Source: Mobula hypostoma
Taxonomy: Eukaryota
Direction: 5' to 3'
Assembly (NCBI RefSeq): GCF_963921235.1
Contig: NC_086097.1
Span: forward strand, 76,758,001-76,822,000
DNA length: 64,000 nucleotides
Shown one piece after another: positions 1 through 12,720 of the stretch (within the stretch, counting starts at the first letter, position 1; each line of letters begins with the position of its first letter). Position numbers and translations under genes: made by a program. Below the pieces are notes generated by a model. That model was not told the origin of the DNA and did no database searches. It saw nothing but the letters and a program-made list of their open reading frames with translations.

Positions 1-75
1 CACTCCTCAGGTCCCAGTGGTGCCGGATTAGTGAGGGTCCAGCACCATCGCGGTTTCCAGAGCCAGTCTATACTT

Positions 76-500
76 TACCTGTTAAATCTTGTGCATTGAA
101 ATAAATGCAGTTTAATCAAGTATTCCTTTCCCTGTCTACACTGTGTTTCTGACTATCTTGGTTTTTAAACTATTCCCCGGATTTGTTTCTGCTCAAAATC
201 CTCCCTCAGCCCAGCCAGTGTAAACTTTCCCATGTACACTAGCAAATTCCCTGCAAGGATATTGGTCCCTCTCTGGTTCAAGTGCAACCTGTCCCTCTTG
301 TACAGGTTGCCTCTACCCCAGAAGTGATCACAGTGGTTCCAGAACTTGAATCTCAGCCCGCTACACCAGCTCCTCAGCCACCAATTTTCTGGCCTATCTT
401 TCTATTTCTGACCCTACTAGCACATGACACTAGGATTAATATGAAGATCATTACCCTTGAGATCCTTCTTACCTAATACCCTATACTCACTCTGTAGAAC
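76..500 (-). mobile_element. CR1-type LINE fragment (ORF1 esterase region)
   Basis: Homologous to 21920-22390; minus strand gives decayed F.F..H...FWGR..LYKRD.LHLNQRGTNIL. Confidence 0.7.
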
Positions 501-1168
501 TTGTACCACCAATGTTGTTCACCCCTTGTTATCAGGGAAAGTGAATCTTCCAGGCAGGCAATCGCTTTTCTGTAATTGTATAGAACAATCAACATGTCTG
601 ACTCTATAGAGATCCTGGGTTTTGATGTGATAGATGTAGCCACAGCTGTGAGTCTGACCTTGAATCCTAGACTGCACTCATAATGCAATCACTTTGAAAC
701 TACTGCATTTTTACTTGTAGCCTAAATTTTGACTATCCTAGCAAAGCATTGCAGTAGAATGAACAGTGTTTGAGGCAGATTCATTAAAGCAGATGATACA
801 ACTTGACGAAAATGCTCTGCTAGAACCATTAATTGGAAATATGCATGGCTCAAGGCCTTCTCTGCTTACTAAGGTAATGTAACCCAAATGCATTTCCCTA
901 ATGAAATGCAAGTCAAGCCCTTGATATTCAGCGCGGTGGAGTGGAGAGAAGTTAGATACAGAGGATGCTGATGCTGGTTGGTGCCTCACGTTACAAGAGA
1001 AACCCAAGGCATATTTGAATCTTAAACCTGAAAACCCACCACCTCACTTCCTGGGGCAAGTTGGAAATTGCTCATCCGGAACAATACGGTGATAGTTATT
1101 TGGAATGTGTAACTCTTCTACGTTCTATTCCATACTATTCAGATCATGTCATGCATTGCTCTGCCTAG

Positions 1169-1302
1169 GTGCTGGACGTGCTGTGCTCTCTTTGTGTGTG
1201 CAATGGTGTTGCTATACGAGCTAATCAGAATCTGATATGTGACAATCTGCTCCCTCATCGTGATTTACTTCTGCAAACTCGCATAGTTAACAGGGTAACA
1301 AG
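1169..1302 (+). CDS. RYR3: Ryanodine receptor exon 1 of 19 in window (134 bp; end of N-terminal solenoid)
   Basis: cctag|GTG...ACAAG|gtaatg. Encodes [44 protein letters not shown](S); [13 protein letters not shown] is the RYR3-type motif. Not in ORF track. Confidence 0.93.
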
Positions 1303-2140
1303 GTAATGTAGACATTTCTATTTTAAAAAAGGAAATAATGCATATAATTTTGTTTGTACTTTTCCACTTACCAGGAGCATTCAACTTCATAGATGAGTTT
1401 GAATAATAACAGACCTAGAATTTTTCACAATGTTGTTTTCACTCCATGGTGTGTACCAATGCAAAATAGACATTTTATGCATATTCAATCTGTTTGCCTT
1501 ATGGCTTGGATATTTGGCTTTAGTGAGGACTAGTGAATCCTATCATGTTTGTGTCAATTTTTGCAACATCTTTCTGAATCTACCACTGGATTGCTTGTTT
1601 TCAATCTATATTTCTCTGCAGTAAGTGTCATATTTCAGTGATTTGAGCTAAGGAAAAAATGAAGAACCTAAATTTTAAATAAATGAAAAAAAGGTACAGT
1701 ATTTTCCCAGAATTAATTCAGATGACATAACTGAGACAGATATTAACTTAGATCATACTAGTTTTTCTTCTGATTGGAGAATAGTCAGACTGTGAACAGA
1801 TCTCCTTCCTTTCTGCATTAAAAGGGAAGATCAAGGTGAAATTCCAAGGTTGTACCATTTCCAGAACTCTGTGGAGCTCTTAGTTGCTGAGAGGAATATG
1901 TATCCAATCACCAGGCCACCCTATTTCCATTGGACATACTAGGTTAACATTTCCCCATGATAATTCAGAAATAAGTCAGAGATAAACGCTGGCCTTTTTG
2001 AAATGTGCCTTAAATAAAATCTTGGACAGAAGATCAAATTTGTAGTTTAAATTTGCATATTCTACATCAGATTGTAAAAATCCTTTAACCAAATGCAGTA
2101 CTGTTTGTCATTCTAAAGTGCCTGTTTATATGTTTTGCAG

Positions 2141-2382
2141 CATAAGGCCCAACATATTCTTGGGAACGAGTGAAGGATCAGCACAGTACAAGAAATGGTA
2201 TTATGAGCTGGTTGTCGATCAGATCAATCACTTTTTAACTCCAGATCCTATTCACCTGCGTGTTGGCTGGGCATCTGCGAAGGGTTACGCTCCCTATCCT
2301 GGAGGTGGAGAAGGATGGGGAGGAAATGGAGTGGGAGATGATCTTTATTCTTATGGATTTGACGGACTTCATTTATGGTCAG
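2141..2382 (+). CDS. RYR3: RYR exon 2 in window (242 bp; SPRY1)
   Basis: ttgcag|C...TCAG|gttggt; [26 protein letters not shown]...[15 protein letters not shown]. Confidence 0.95.
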
Positions 2383-3282
2383 GTTGGTAGCTGCACAGTG
2401 ATATCGAGCTAAATAATAATTTAATTATCATAATTTCTATTATTTCATTCTATTTTGCATTTTAGTAAAAATTATTAATTCATAATTCAGTTGTGATCAT
2501 TGTATTCAGATTTTTTAATAAACATTAATGTCTTTGATACCTTTCTTCTGTACTTTGTGTTTGATAAATTCTTTGTACATAAGTGTAATTTGCAACATGT
2601 TTGGAAATTATGCAAAGGAATATTGGTCCCTTATTTACAAAGCCAGAGGGAATCACAAACTTCATCTTGTCCAGGAGGTGGCTGAAATCTAGAAAAGGAA
2701 TGTCGTAGAATTCTTCCCTTTTCAAAATTGCCCATCACAGGGAATTTTATTATTTTGACTTTGGATGAGTCACATGGGGACCAGAGCTACACATGCAATT
2801 GGTTTTCATTTAGAACAAAAAGCAAACATGCAGAGGTGATATGGTAGGATAATCTCCCAGAACACGAAGTATATTGATGTTTTATGAATTTTAAGCACAA
2901 ACGTAACGGCAGATGATTAAATACAGCGCAAAAGTTATACTAGAGTTAACTTCAGTAGTTTAGTTTGTAGAAAAGTGGTTCAATTGAATTACGTATTTTT
3001 GCAAGGGGACCACATCTTAAATGATAAGAGTATCACTAAATATTCAAATATCTGTATTAGACAACCAAAACAAACCCTCTTTAAACAATATACTGAGGCA
3101 TGAATATTCTGAATATTGACTGACAGAAAAGTATGCCTTTGATCATGTTTGTTGTGCTAAATGGCAAACGAGCTAGTCCAGAACTTTCTGCTGTTGAGTG
3201 TTTCCATGTCGGCCAATTAACATGGTTCTGTTGTTCGTACAAATGACTAATGCATCCAAAAATGTTTCATGATAATCTAAAC

Positions 3283-4176
3283 CACAAAGATTTTGCAGAT
3301 GCTGGAAATCCACAGTAACACACACACAATACTGGAAGAACTCACCAAGTCAGGCTATAGGCAGCATCAGTGGAGGGGAATAAACTGTTGACATTTTGGC
3401 TAACATCCCTCACCAAGTCTGGAAATGCCAGAATAAGAAGGAGGAGGGAGTGTACAAGTACAAGCTGGCAGGTGATAGGTAAGACCAGGAGAGTGGGGTG
3501 CAAAGTAAGAAGCTTGGAGGTGATAGTTGGAAGAGGTAAAGGGGTGAAGAAGAAATCTAGTAGGAGGTGACATTTGACCATGAAAAAAGAGAAGGAGGTG
3601 GGTAATCAGAGGGAGATGATGGGCAGGTGAGGAGAAGGGGTGAAAGGGTAACCAGAATGGGGAATGGGGAGTGGGCAAAGAGAAGCATCAGTAATGGCTG
3701 AAAGTTAAGGGAATTGATGTTTATACCATAATTTTGGAGGCTACCCAGACAGATTATGAGGCAGTTAGTCCTGACGAAGGGTCTAGGCCTGAAACGTCGA
3801 CTGCGCTTCTTCCTATAGATGCTGCCTGGCCTGCTGCGTTCACCAGCAACTTTGATGTATGTTGCCAGATTATGAAGTGTTCGTCCTCGGCTGGTTTTGG
3901 TTGGAGGAGCAACACCTCCTTCTTCTTTAGCCCTTTACCTTTTCTGCCTATCACCTCCCAGTTTCTTACTTTATACCCGTCCCCACCCACCATGCTCCTC
4001 ACTTAGTGTCACCTATCATTTTCCAGCTTATACTGCTTCACCACCCCCCCCCCCCCACCACCTTACTCAGGCTATTGGCCCCCAATGAAGGGTCTTGGCT
4101 TGAAACATCGACTGTTTGTTCCCCTTCATACGATGCTGCCTGGCCTGCTGAGTTCCCCCAGCAATTTGTGTGTTTC
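3283..4176. mobile_element. Penelope-like element remnant: two pseudo-LTRs in inverted orientation, plus a nested ~106-bp insert (3760-3865)
   Basis: gcagatgctggaaat...cacacaa..ctgg terminal motif on the left and its complement on the right. The nested insert is flanked by cagattatga (3750-3759 / 3866-3875). Confidence 0.75.
3767..3802 (+). ncRNA. Minimal type I hammerhead ribozyme motif (PLE-type), intact core
   Basis: AGUC-CUGACGA-AGGGUCUAGGCCU-GAAA-CGUC-GACU: stem I AGUC/GACU, palindromic ACGU helix III. Confidence 0.7.
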
Positions 4177-5011
4177 ATGTAATGTTTGTTTCCAAGTCTT
4201 ATTCCTTAGAATGCTCCTTGCTGTAAGCATTTAGCCTGTGGTCTTTGCAGGTGATATTGTCTGTTTGATTACTGCTGGTAATTCCATATGAAATAGTTCA
4301 TGAGGAGTGATTGTCACTTGTGTTAATAACTACTATATCTCACACTTTTATATTTACTTGATTACTGCTGTTTCTTCCAAATAATTATTATTGCTCTTCC
4401 TAAATCAGAGGGGCATACGCAGAAGAGGTTGTTGACTTGCACACTCTCCTTAGAATTCAGTGGAGTAAGTGCAAGATGAGAAACAAGTTTCAAATGGCCT
4501 GAGAGCTCTGCTAAGAAATGTTAATGGTTGCCAGAGAGCATTGGTTTGTTGCTCTCAAAAGACATGTGCAGTGAAACACTATTGGAAGTCTGGCTGACAC
4601 ATGAGCTGTATTATTCTGCTTTGACAACATGAAAACAATTTAGAACAACTGGCTTAAATAAAATTACAGATACTGGAAATCTGAGATAACAGAAAATGCT
4701 GGAAACACTCATCAGGCTGCACCTGTGGAAGGGAAAGACATTCAATATTTTATCCTCATGACTTTTCCTCAGAGCAGGTGTTCTTTGGGGGGGGGGAGAG
4801 AGAGAGACAGAGACTGACTCTGACTCTGACTCTTTGGCCCAGAGAGTCCATTTTGACAATAAGCACCCATTTAACTGATACTACACTAACTCTGTTTTAT
4901 TTCTCACACATTCCCATCAGCTTTCCCCTACTCAACTGCCTTTCTGAGACAGCATCACTTGTAGATACTACTGATGGTGGGGAGGGATGTGGGCAGACTC
5001 CACTACTCTCT

Positions 5012-6090
5012 GAAGTCTTTTGCATTCCTGTGCTTCCAAATTGCCCTACCAAACCATGATGCAACCATTCAAGGTACTTCCAACAATACACTTATGGAAG
5101 TTTGTTAGAGTGTCCAGTGACAAGCCAAACCCCCTCAACCTCCTGAGAAACAAAGACGCTGGCATGCCATCCAGATTGCACCTATGTGTTAGGCCAAGGA
5201 CAGGTTATCTGATAAGTTAACACCCATGAATTTAAAGGTGCTGACCCTCCCCATTGTTGGTCCCCAGTGTACACTGGCACACCGTCACCCTCTTAACCCT
5301 TGCTGAATTCAACAACCACCTCCTTAGTTGAATGAGAGGTTGTTGTTGAAGCACCACTTAGCCAGGTGTCCTACATGTAGACCCCTTGTCTAGGGGGAGC
5401 AGCCTTCGGCCCCGCCAAACTGGGTAATCAAGTTTGTGTGGATGCTGTGCGATGTACCCCACCCTGCCAAATCGCAGACAATACACCATATGCGATTAAA
5501 TGATTACACTTTATAGATCTTACTGGAACTATGTAATTAATAGAGATAAAATATAAAAGGTGCCAAACTTATCAAAGTTCAACCATTTCGTGCACAACCG
5601 TTGGAGCTCAAGTGACGGGGTCCTCTTTCCACCATTCGATCCCCTCCGACCCCCTCGACCCGCCGCCTGGGACCAACTACGGTGGTCAACCAGACGCTCC
5701 ACATGAGTCTGTCTTCGTCTCCTCTCCTCGACGAAGACCCTGGGCCTCGGGCTCCCGCTTGGTGTCCGTCCTATCACCCAGCTTAAGGCATTGCAACTCC
5801 TCACTCAGTCCCCATCCGCCTTCTGCACCAAAACCCCGTGAAACAATAGCTTACAGACACACAAGAAAGAATAACATCTATCCCAATTGATTCGTTTGCT
5901 CTCTTATCAATAATATAACCCAAACAAGCAGAGTGAGAGAGAGGACTCCTTACATCGCAGTTATTATTACAGAAAAACCATTTTAATTATAACATAACAA
6001 AGAAGCCATTTTGTTAGCCTTTGCAGTAACATAAAAGAAGAAACCCCTTACATATATATCTCGATAAGCTGACTCACAACCACCTGAGAC
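5012..6090 (-). mobile_element. Rex1/Babar LINE RT fragment interrupted by a solo LTR
   Basis: Same sequence family as 32600-33120; it resumes after 6052. Confidence 0.65.
5376..6052. mobile_element. Solo LTR (677 bp)
   Basis: TGTAG...TTACA termini, flanks taca/tata (4-bp TSD with one mismatch), CpG-rich interior, splits a Rex fragment. Confidence 0.7.
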
Positions 6091-6092
6091 TT

Positions 6093-6750
6093 ATAGAACA
6101 TAGAGGAGTACAACACAGCAACTGACCTTTCAACCCACAATGTTGTGCCGAACCAATTAAATGAGTAATCAAATTAACAACTAATCCCTTCTGCCTGCAT
6201 AATGTACATATTCTTCCATTTCCCTCACATCCATTTGCCTATCTAAATGGCACTCAGAAATCACTAATGGATCCACTTCTACCACCAATCCAAGCAGTGC
6301 ATTCCAGCACCCACCACTCTCTTGAGTTCTGCAGCCCCTTAGGGAAACAGTTCGATTAAGTTCACGTGGGGGAGGGCGAGAATCTGTTTGCCTTTCTAAA
6401 TTGGAGTGGATCAGTTACAAGCAGCGGTTGGACAACTAACTTTGGAATGTTTTTTCCAGAGTTTAAATGAGATATGGGAGGGGGGATTTTTTACAGAGAG
6501 AGAGAGCGAGAGAGAGAGAGAGAGCGACAGATAGACAGACAGACAGAAAGGTGCCCAGAATGCACTGCCAGGGGAATTGGTCGAACAAGGTACAAAAGCA
6601 ATGTTTAAGAAGCATTTAGACAGAACAGACTGGGAATGCCAGGATATACACCATGTGCAGGCAAATGGGATTTGTTAGAATGGCATTATGACTGGTGCAG
6701 AAATGAAAGACTGAAGGACCTATTCGTATGTTGTACTGTTCTTTGTCTTA
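6093..6750. mobile_element. Two CR1 3'-end fragments (minus 6093-6325; plus ~6380-6750) with a (GA)n/(GACA)n microsatellite at 6495-6546
   Basis: atagaacatag tail motif and gagtggtgggtgc-tggaa 3' core. Confidence 0.65.
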
Positions 6751-6909
6751 TAAATGTAAATAGTACAAGACTGCACTTAATCTTCCTTAATCCATTGCTC
6801 TCAGCCCAACTCTAATGAAAATTACATGTTCATGTCGACAAGATAAAAGTTGCTGATACTCCATTCTCAATACTTTGACATGAGCGTTGTTTATTTTCCC
6901 ATCTGATAG

Positions 6910-7102
6910 GTCGAGTGGCCAGGGCTGTAGCATCACCAAATCAACACATACTGAACTCCGATGACGTAGTTAGTTGTTGCCTGGATTTAGGTGTACCTAG
7001 CATTTCCTTCCGCATCAATGGACAACCAGTACAAGGAATGTTTGAGAGTTTCAACACCGATGGCCTGTTCTTCCCGGTGGTCAGCTTTTCTGCAGGTGCC
7101 AA
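6910..7102 (+). CDS. RYR3: RYR exon 3 in window (193 bp; SPRY1)
   Basis: gatag|GT...GCCAA|gtaagt; [14 protein letters not shown]...[24 protein letters not shown]...[11 protein letters not shown]. Confidence 0.95.
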
Positions 7103-8237
7103 GTAAGTTTATTGTCTCTTCCACGCCATGATATTTCATTTTGACTCTGATATTGCTCTGTTTTAGTCAATCCTTTGAAACTTAAGGATATAAAGTAAAT
7201 TGTTTGTAAGTAGATAAATTGTGCAATGTCCAGGCCCAGCAAATATCCACTTCAAAGTTTATACTTATACAATTTTCAAACTGAGTGTTATGTGGTAGAA
7301 TTGGAGAAATGTTTAAGTTAGTACAGAGTATCCTGATTTCTTCATGTAGCACCACTAAAAATACATTCAAAAATCATTTATGTATCACATTCCTGATTCT
7401 CTCAGATTGAAGATGTTTATCTTCTTACTTTAAAATTAAGTGAACAATATGACTGCAGTTTTTAATAGTCTCTATGTACTGTAAAACAATGTCAGTGGAT
7501 ACACAATTTTAAAGGCAAGTTGCATTTGAACTGCTTACTGTCATGTATATATACAGGTATTTTCTTTTGGTGGCATGTGGGGAAGTATGCAGTTCAAGAG
7601 AAAGTAAGATGCTATCTTATTGCATCTCCTCTAATTTCCGTGGCACGTACAGATGGCACATGCAGTACTGAATTACTGTACAGACTGTCCCACTTTACTG
7701 GAGGAGAGGTTAAGGAAAATCATTGGGCATGAGCCCTAATCCAAAATGCCGTGTTGATTGCAAGGTCAATGAGAATCAGGGGATGGTCAAAAAGGCACCA
7801 TGGCAGCAGTTGAAAAACTGATATTCTCTCAGTCCAGCAGTTCTACTCTTCACAAAGAGAAAGCAAAGAATCAATTTGTTATGTTCTGTCACTTTCACAA
7901 CCTTCTTCAGGCCATAGCGATTACCCTGATTCTGCTTCAATCGCACGCAGTGCAGGGTTCTACCAGGAAGGGCCTGTGTTAGCTAGGTAGCCAGACCATG
8001 TATGTAGTTATGGAGGGAATAATGGCGCCAACAGCAAGCATACTGCACACTTATAGTGACTCTACGTACCTGTGACCAAAATGAGAGGGCAGAAAGGATG
8101 ATGAGATGGGAAGAAGAAAGCATTGGGCCAGACCCCAGCATGATTTTTTTCTTTAGCACCGATGAAAGGAATTACATATGGCTGGTTAAATTTGAGAGAC
8201 TGCATTGCAGTTTAACTTACTTTCTTTTTCTTTCAAG

Positions 8238-8454
8238 AGTACGTTTTTTGATTGGTGGTCAGCATGGAGATTTTAGATTTTTGCCTCCTCCTGGATATGC
8301 ACCCTGCTATGAAGCACTACTGCCAAAGGAAAAGATGAGATTAGAGCCAATTAAAGAATACAAAAGAGATCATAATGGTGTTCGAGATTTAATAGGAACT
8401 CCAGGTCATCTTTCCCAGGCCTCCTTCATCCCCAAGCCAGTAGATACCAGCCAG
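8238..8454 (+). CDS. RYR3: RYR exon 4 in window (217 bp)
   Basis: ttcaag|A...CCAG|gtactt; VRFLIGGQHGDFRFLPPPGYAPCYEALLPKEKMRLEPIKEYKRD...FIPKPVDTSQ. Confidence 0.95.
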
Positions 8455-9609
8455 GTACTTTTAAATCTCTTGAAATGCAATACGGTAAATAAATTTTTAC
8501 AATGTTATGTAGTTCAGCAAGTGTGTGTGTGTGTGTTTGTGTGTGATTTATACAAACGTTTGTAAAATAATGATAACAATGTGACAGTTTTATTCATACT
8601 TGGGATGTAAATTTCAGTGGCAATAGCAGCATTAACTGTTCATTCCAAATTGCTCTTGATTTAAAGAGCCGTAAAAAGACAACCACACTGGTGAGCCTAG
8701 AATCCACACATACAGTAAGTTAATTAGAACAGAGACTGCCACTCCTGATAGCTGTACACAAACCAGATAGGGCTTTTTTTTACAATAAAGTATTTTCATG
8801 GCTATTATTACTGTTGAGCAATTTTATAACTATAGGTAAACTATATTCACATTCCAGATTTATCCTGCAGCAACAAGGATGCTCTGCAATTTTTCCCTAA
8901 TGTGGAACATGTTTACAAAACAATTTTATTACCAAAGCTGCAGATTGCAGTATATCCAGATCTCCATAATGGATAACACATGATCCATTCATTGTTCACA
9001 TAAAAAATAATTGCACAAATAAAGAACCAGAGTCTTTTCTGACTTCTTATGAAAAATCTGAACAACTTTTTGATAGGTAACAATAACAGAAATGATTTTT
9101 AATTATCTCTTCATCATTAACTTCCCTAAATGTTGGATAGGATTTGAATTAATAGGTAGAGATCAGTGATCTAGAACTCTAGAAATCAGTGCAGCAATAA
9201 CTACTGTATTGTGATTCAGTTAAAAACGTAATGTGAACATGATAAAACTATGTAAACCTTTTCCATTTTAGTCTGCCACATATTTGTTTTGCGAATCTCT
9301 CAGCAAACATTTATGATGTATGTTGAATAATTTATTACTTCTTAAAGAATAATTTCTGGTGGTACAGCTTCAATTGTAACTTCTATTTTTTTTTATCATT
9401 TTTAAATCATAATTTAGTGATCCTACTGGAGTTTAGTAAACACTTAAGGTGAGAAGTTAATTTTGAAGCACTGACCATTAACCTTTATAAATTTATTTTA
9501 GCTGCACTTTTTTTTTCAGAACTCTTTAATTTCCACCTCCTCCTCAAATATTAATTAATGCTGAAGTTATATTCTTAAAGAAAAATTTGAATTAAATTGA
9601 ATTGTGAAA

Positions 9610-10405
9610 TTAAATTGACTTCTTACATCCTTCACATACATGAGAAGTAAAAAAATCTTTACGTTACATCTCCGTCTGAATGTGCAATGTGCAATTTATA
9701 GTAATTTGTAATAAATAGTATGGACAGCAGAACAGTCAATATAGCATAGAAATACAATTGTGTCAGTGTGAATTAATCAGTCTGATAGCCTGGTGGAAGA
9801 AGCTCTCCCGGAACCTGTTGGTCCTGGCTATTATGCTGCAGTACCGTTTCCCGGATGCTAGCAGCTGGAAGAGTATGTAGTTGGGGTGACTTGGGTCTCC
9901 AATGATCTTTCGGGCCCTTTTTACACACCTGTCACTGTAAGTATCCTGAATAGTGGGAATTTCACACCCACAGATGTGCTGGGCTGTCCGCACCACTCTC
10001 TGCAGAGTCCTATGATAAAGAGAAGTACAGTTTCCTTACCAGGCAGTGATACAGCCAGACAGGATGTTCTCAATTGTGCCCCTGTAAAAGTCCTTAAGAT
10101 TTGGGGATTCATGCCAAACTTCTTCAACCATCTGGGGTGAAAAAGGCGCTGTTGTGCTGTTTTCACCACACAGCCAGTATGTACAGACCACCAGGTCCAC
10201 GGTGATGTGTATACCGAGTAACTGAAAGCTATTCTTCTTCTCAACCCCAGATCCATTGATGCAATAGAGGTCAGCCTGTCTCCATTCCTCCTGTAGTGTA
10301 AACCAGCTCCTTTGTTTTTGCGACATTGAGGGAGAGGTTGTTTCCTTGACACCACTGTGTCAGGGTGATGACTTCTTCTCTGTAGGTTGCCTCGTTATTA
10401 TTTGT
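9610..10405 (-). mobile_element. Rex1/Babar LINE 3' fragment
   Basis: ORF pieces FYRGTIENILSGCITAW and ARKIIGDPSHP...LLASGKRY...FFHQAIRLIN. Confidence 0.8.
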
Positions 10406-10466
10406 TGTGATAGTTCATGTTTATTATTTTTAAATGACATTGCAATCAATTACTTCTTAAATTCAG

Positions 10467-10571
10467 ATTGTTTTACCTTCACACCTTGAGAAAGTCCAGA
10501 ACAAGCTAGCTGAAAACATTCATGAACTTTGGGCGACAAACAAAATTGAACTTGGTTGGACATATGGGAAG
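10467..10571 (+). CDS. RYR3: RYR exon 5 in window (105 bp; RyR repeat 1)
   Basis: ttcag|ATT...AAG|gtaagg; [35 protein letters not shown]. Not in ORF track. Confidence 0.95.
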
Positions 10572-11399
10572 GTAAGGAAGTGACGCGACTGGGATAACTT
10601 GATGCATTAATCCTCCGACGAGATATCTGTCAGAATGATATGTTGCTGGATAGTAAAGGAATTAAGGAATATGGGGACGATGCTGGAAAATGGTGCTGAA
10701 GTAGAAGAACAAATAATAATTTTATTGAATTCCATTAGCCAGAAGGCTTTCTCTTACTTTTGTGTCCCATGTTGAATGTTCTAAATCATCCCTTTCCCTT
10801 CCCATAGTATCTAACAGTATTTATGATTAACTTTACTATTGCTTAAAATAAATAAATCAATTATTAGCTGCTGGGGAAATACAGTATCCCAAAATGTTTT
10901 CCTGGCCAACACAAGTAACAGAGGATGCTACCAATGTAATATTAGTGAGCTTTCTCAATCACAGGGACTTCACATGATCTGTTAATATAGTGAGTTAACT
11001 GCTTACTGTGTATGCCTGAGTTGCTGTCAGTGAAGTATATTGTAAACAATATGGAGAAATTGGCTTTTGAGAAGGTAGATTGCCAAAGGCATGTTTGTTT
11101 TTTTCTCTCTCTCTCTCTCTGGCACTACTTTCAGGAAAAAAAAAGGTGTTGTGAAAAGTTACTTTCAAAGTCAGTTTTAATGAAAATGCTGGAAATGTTT
11201 AGTAACTGACCCTGCAGCCAGAATTGAAGATTTTCACTATAAACTAGAGCAGAGGTGCTGCCTCACAACCCCTATGACTCTAGTTTCAGTGAACCATGTA
11301 GTTGTATCCAAGATTCCACTGTTATACAACACTTCCCAGGGCATTGCCATTTGCTCTGAAATTCCCACCTGGATTTGACATTGAAACATGCGTCATTTG

Positions 11400-11660
11400 C
11401 ATCAGTTCAAATCAGCAAGGATTATGCTGCGTTGCTTGTAGGCGTTGTCACGCTTCCAGCACCAACATAGCATGCTAACCCTCTCTAACCTTAAACCGTA
11501 TGCCTTTGAAATGTGGGAAGAAACCAGAGCATCCGGAGGAAATCCACGCGGTTTATAGGGGGAAACGTACAAACTCCTTACAGTGGTGGGAATCAAACCC
11601 CAATCTTACAGCTGACTGCTGTAAAGTGTTTCACTAGCTGCTACTTTACCATGTTGCCAA
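11400..11660 (-). mobile_element. V-SINE / HE1-like SINE (further copies ~13095-13350 +, ~15495-15710 +, ~45600-45860 +, ~55260-55500 -)
   Basis: V-domain-like gaagaaaccagagcatccggaggaaatccacgcg...acgtacaaactcc. Confidence 0.7.
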
Positions 11661-11664
11661 AATT

Positions 11665-12720
11665 GTTGACATGGATGACAAATAACGATGGCCTCAGTAC
11701 CAACCTCTAGTCAGAAGCAGACCATTAGTCATGGGCCTCCACTCTCTTCACTCCAGTCCTTATTTATCATATTACAACCTTCACATTTCCTCACCACAAT
11801 TGCAACATTTCAGCCTAGCTCCTGCCTCACATTTCCCATATTCAAGTTCCCCAGTGCATCTTCCATATCTTTGTTTTCTCCTTCAGACTGCCGCAATATG
11901 CCCGAATTTCTGACATTTAAAGCATCTTAAAGGTGGTGGTATATATATTCTGACCTCATAACACGTATACCCTAAGTAAACTTTAGTCGGCAATCTCTCT
12001 TCATCAAAGTTGATCATAACCGATAAACTATCACACTTTTTCCCATTTCTTGTAACTTTCAAACATTTGGCCTCAATAATTTTTGCTCCTTTTATGTTCT
12101 GTTTAATCTCATCCATAGTAACTTTTGTTGGCATTCCAAAATAACTCCTCTAGTCCACTTCCTATTGTTGGGTATTGAGCATTGTGCTTTTTTGCCATCT
12201 ATTTTATTTAATCTAATCACTTTGCCTTGTTGAGCACTATCCCAACAAATCACTAATTGCGATCCATTTAGCAAAGTCTTTGCTCTTTTGACTTCGCCTA
12301 TAAGTTTGTTGATTATCTTCGTCAAATGAATCAGGTTCCATTCACCAAAAGACACTACATCTTCGCACAGTGTTATAATTGCTTTAATCTCATCTTCTTT
12401 CCGTTGTTTTGCTATCCTGTTTTATTTGTCTCCTGACTCCTGAGAGTTTGACATCTCATACCTCTGTTTCCTTTCCTCACTCTCTTCACTCCATTCCTCC
12501 ATCTCAAACTCACTTTCACTATCCGTCGACCTGTTCATCCTACAGGACATTTTCTTCATCATCTCAGCAGTTGCAACCTCCATGCTCTTTTCCAACTCCA
12601 CATTTCTGTCCTAACCACCAGCCAGCCACTCAACTCAACCTCCCAGCCTGGCCCAGTTCAGCACAGCAGTTCGACTCACTCAGCCCACCAGTTCTGGCAC
12701 ATTCTTCCACAGCCCCTTTG
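11665..12720 (-). mobile_element. I/Nimb-like LINE ORF1 (gag-like, zinc knuckles), frameshifted
   Basis: YIPPPLRCFKCQKFGHIAAV*, then degenerate GRCTGE.EYGKC and KCCNCGE knuckles. Confidence 0.7.

Noticed and set aside
1291..1308. Alternative donor gtaaca 8 nt upstream; also tandem AG at 8236-8239
   Set aside because: Both would shift the frame, and there is no evidence of use.
8056..8565. ORF-track extensions around RYR exons (also 2118, 15818, 43170, 62554)
   Set aside because: Similarity stops at the GT/AG boundaries; the flanks are intron read-through.
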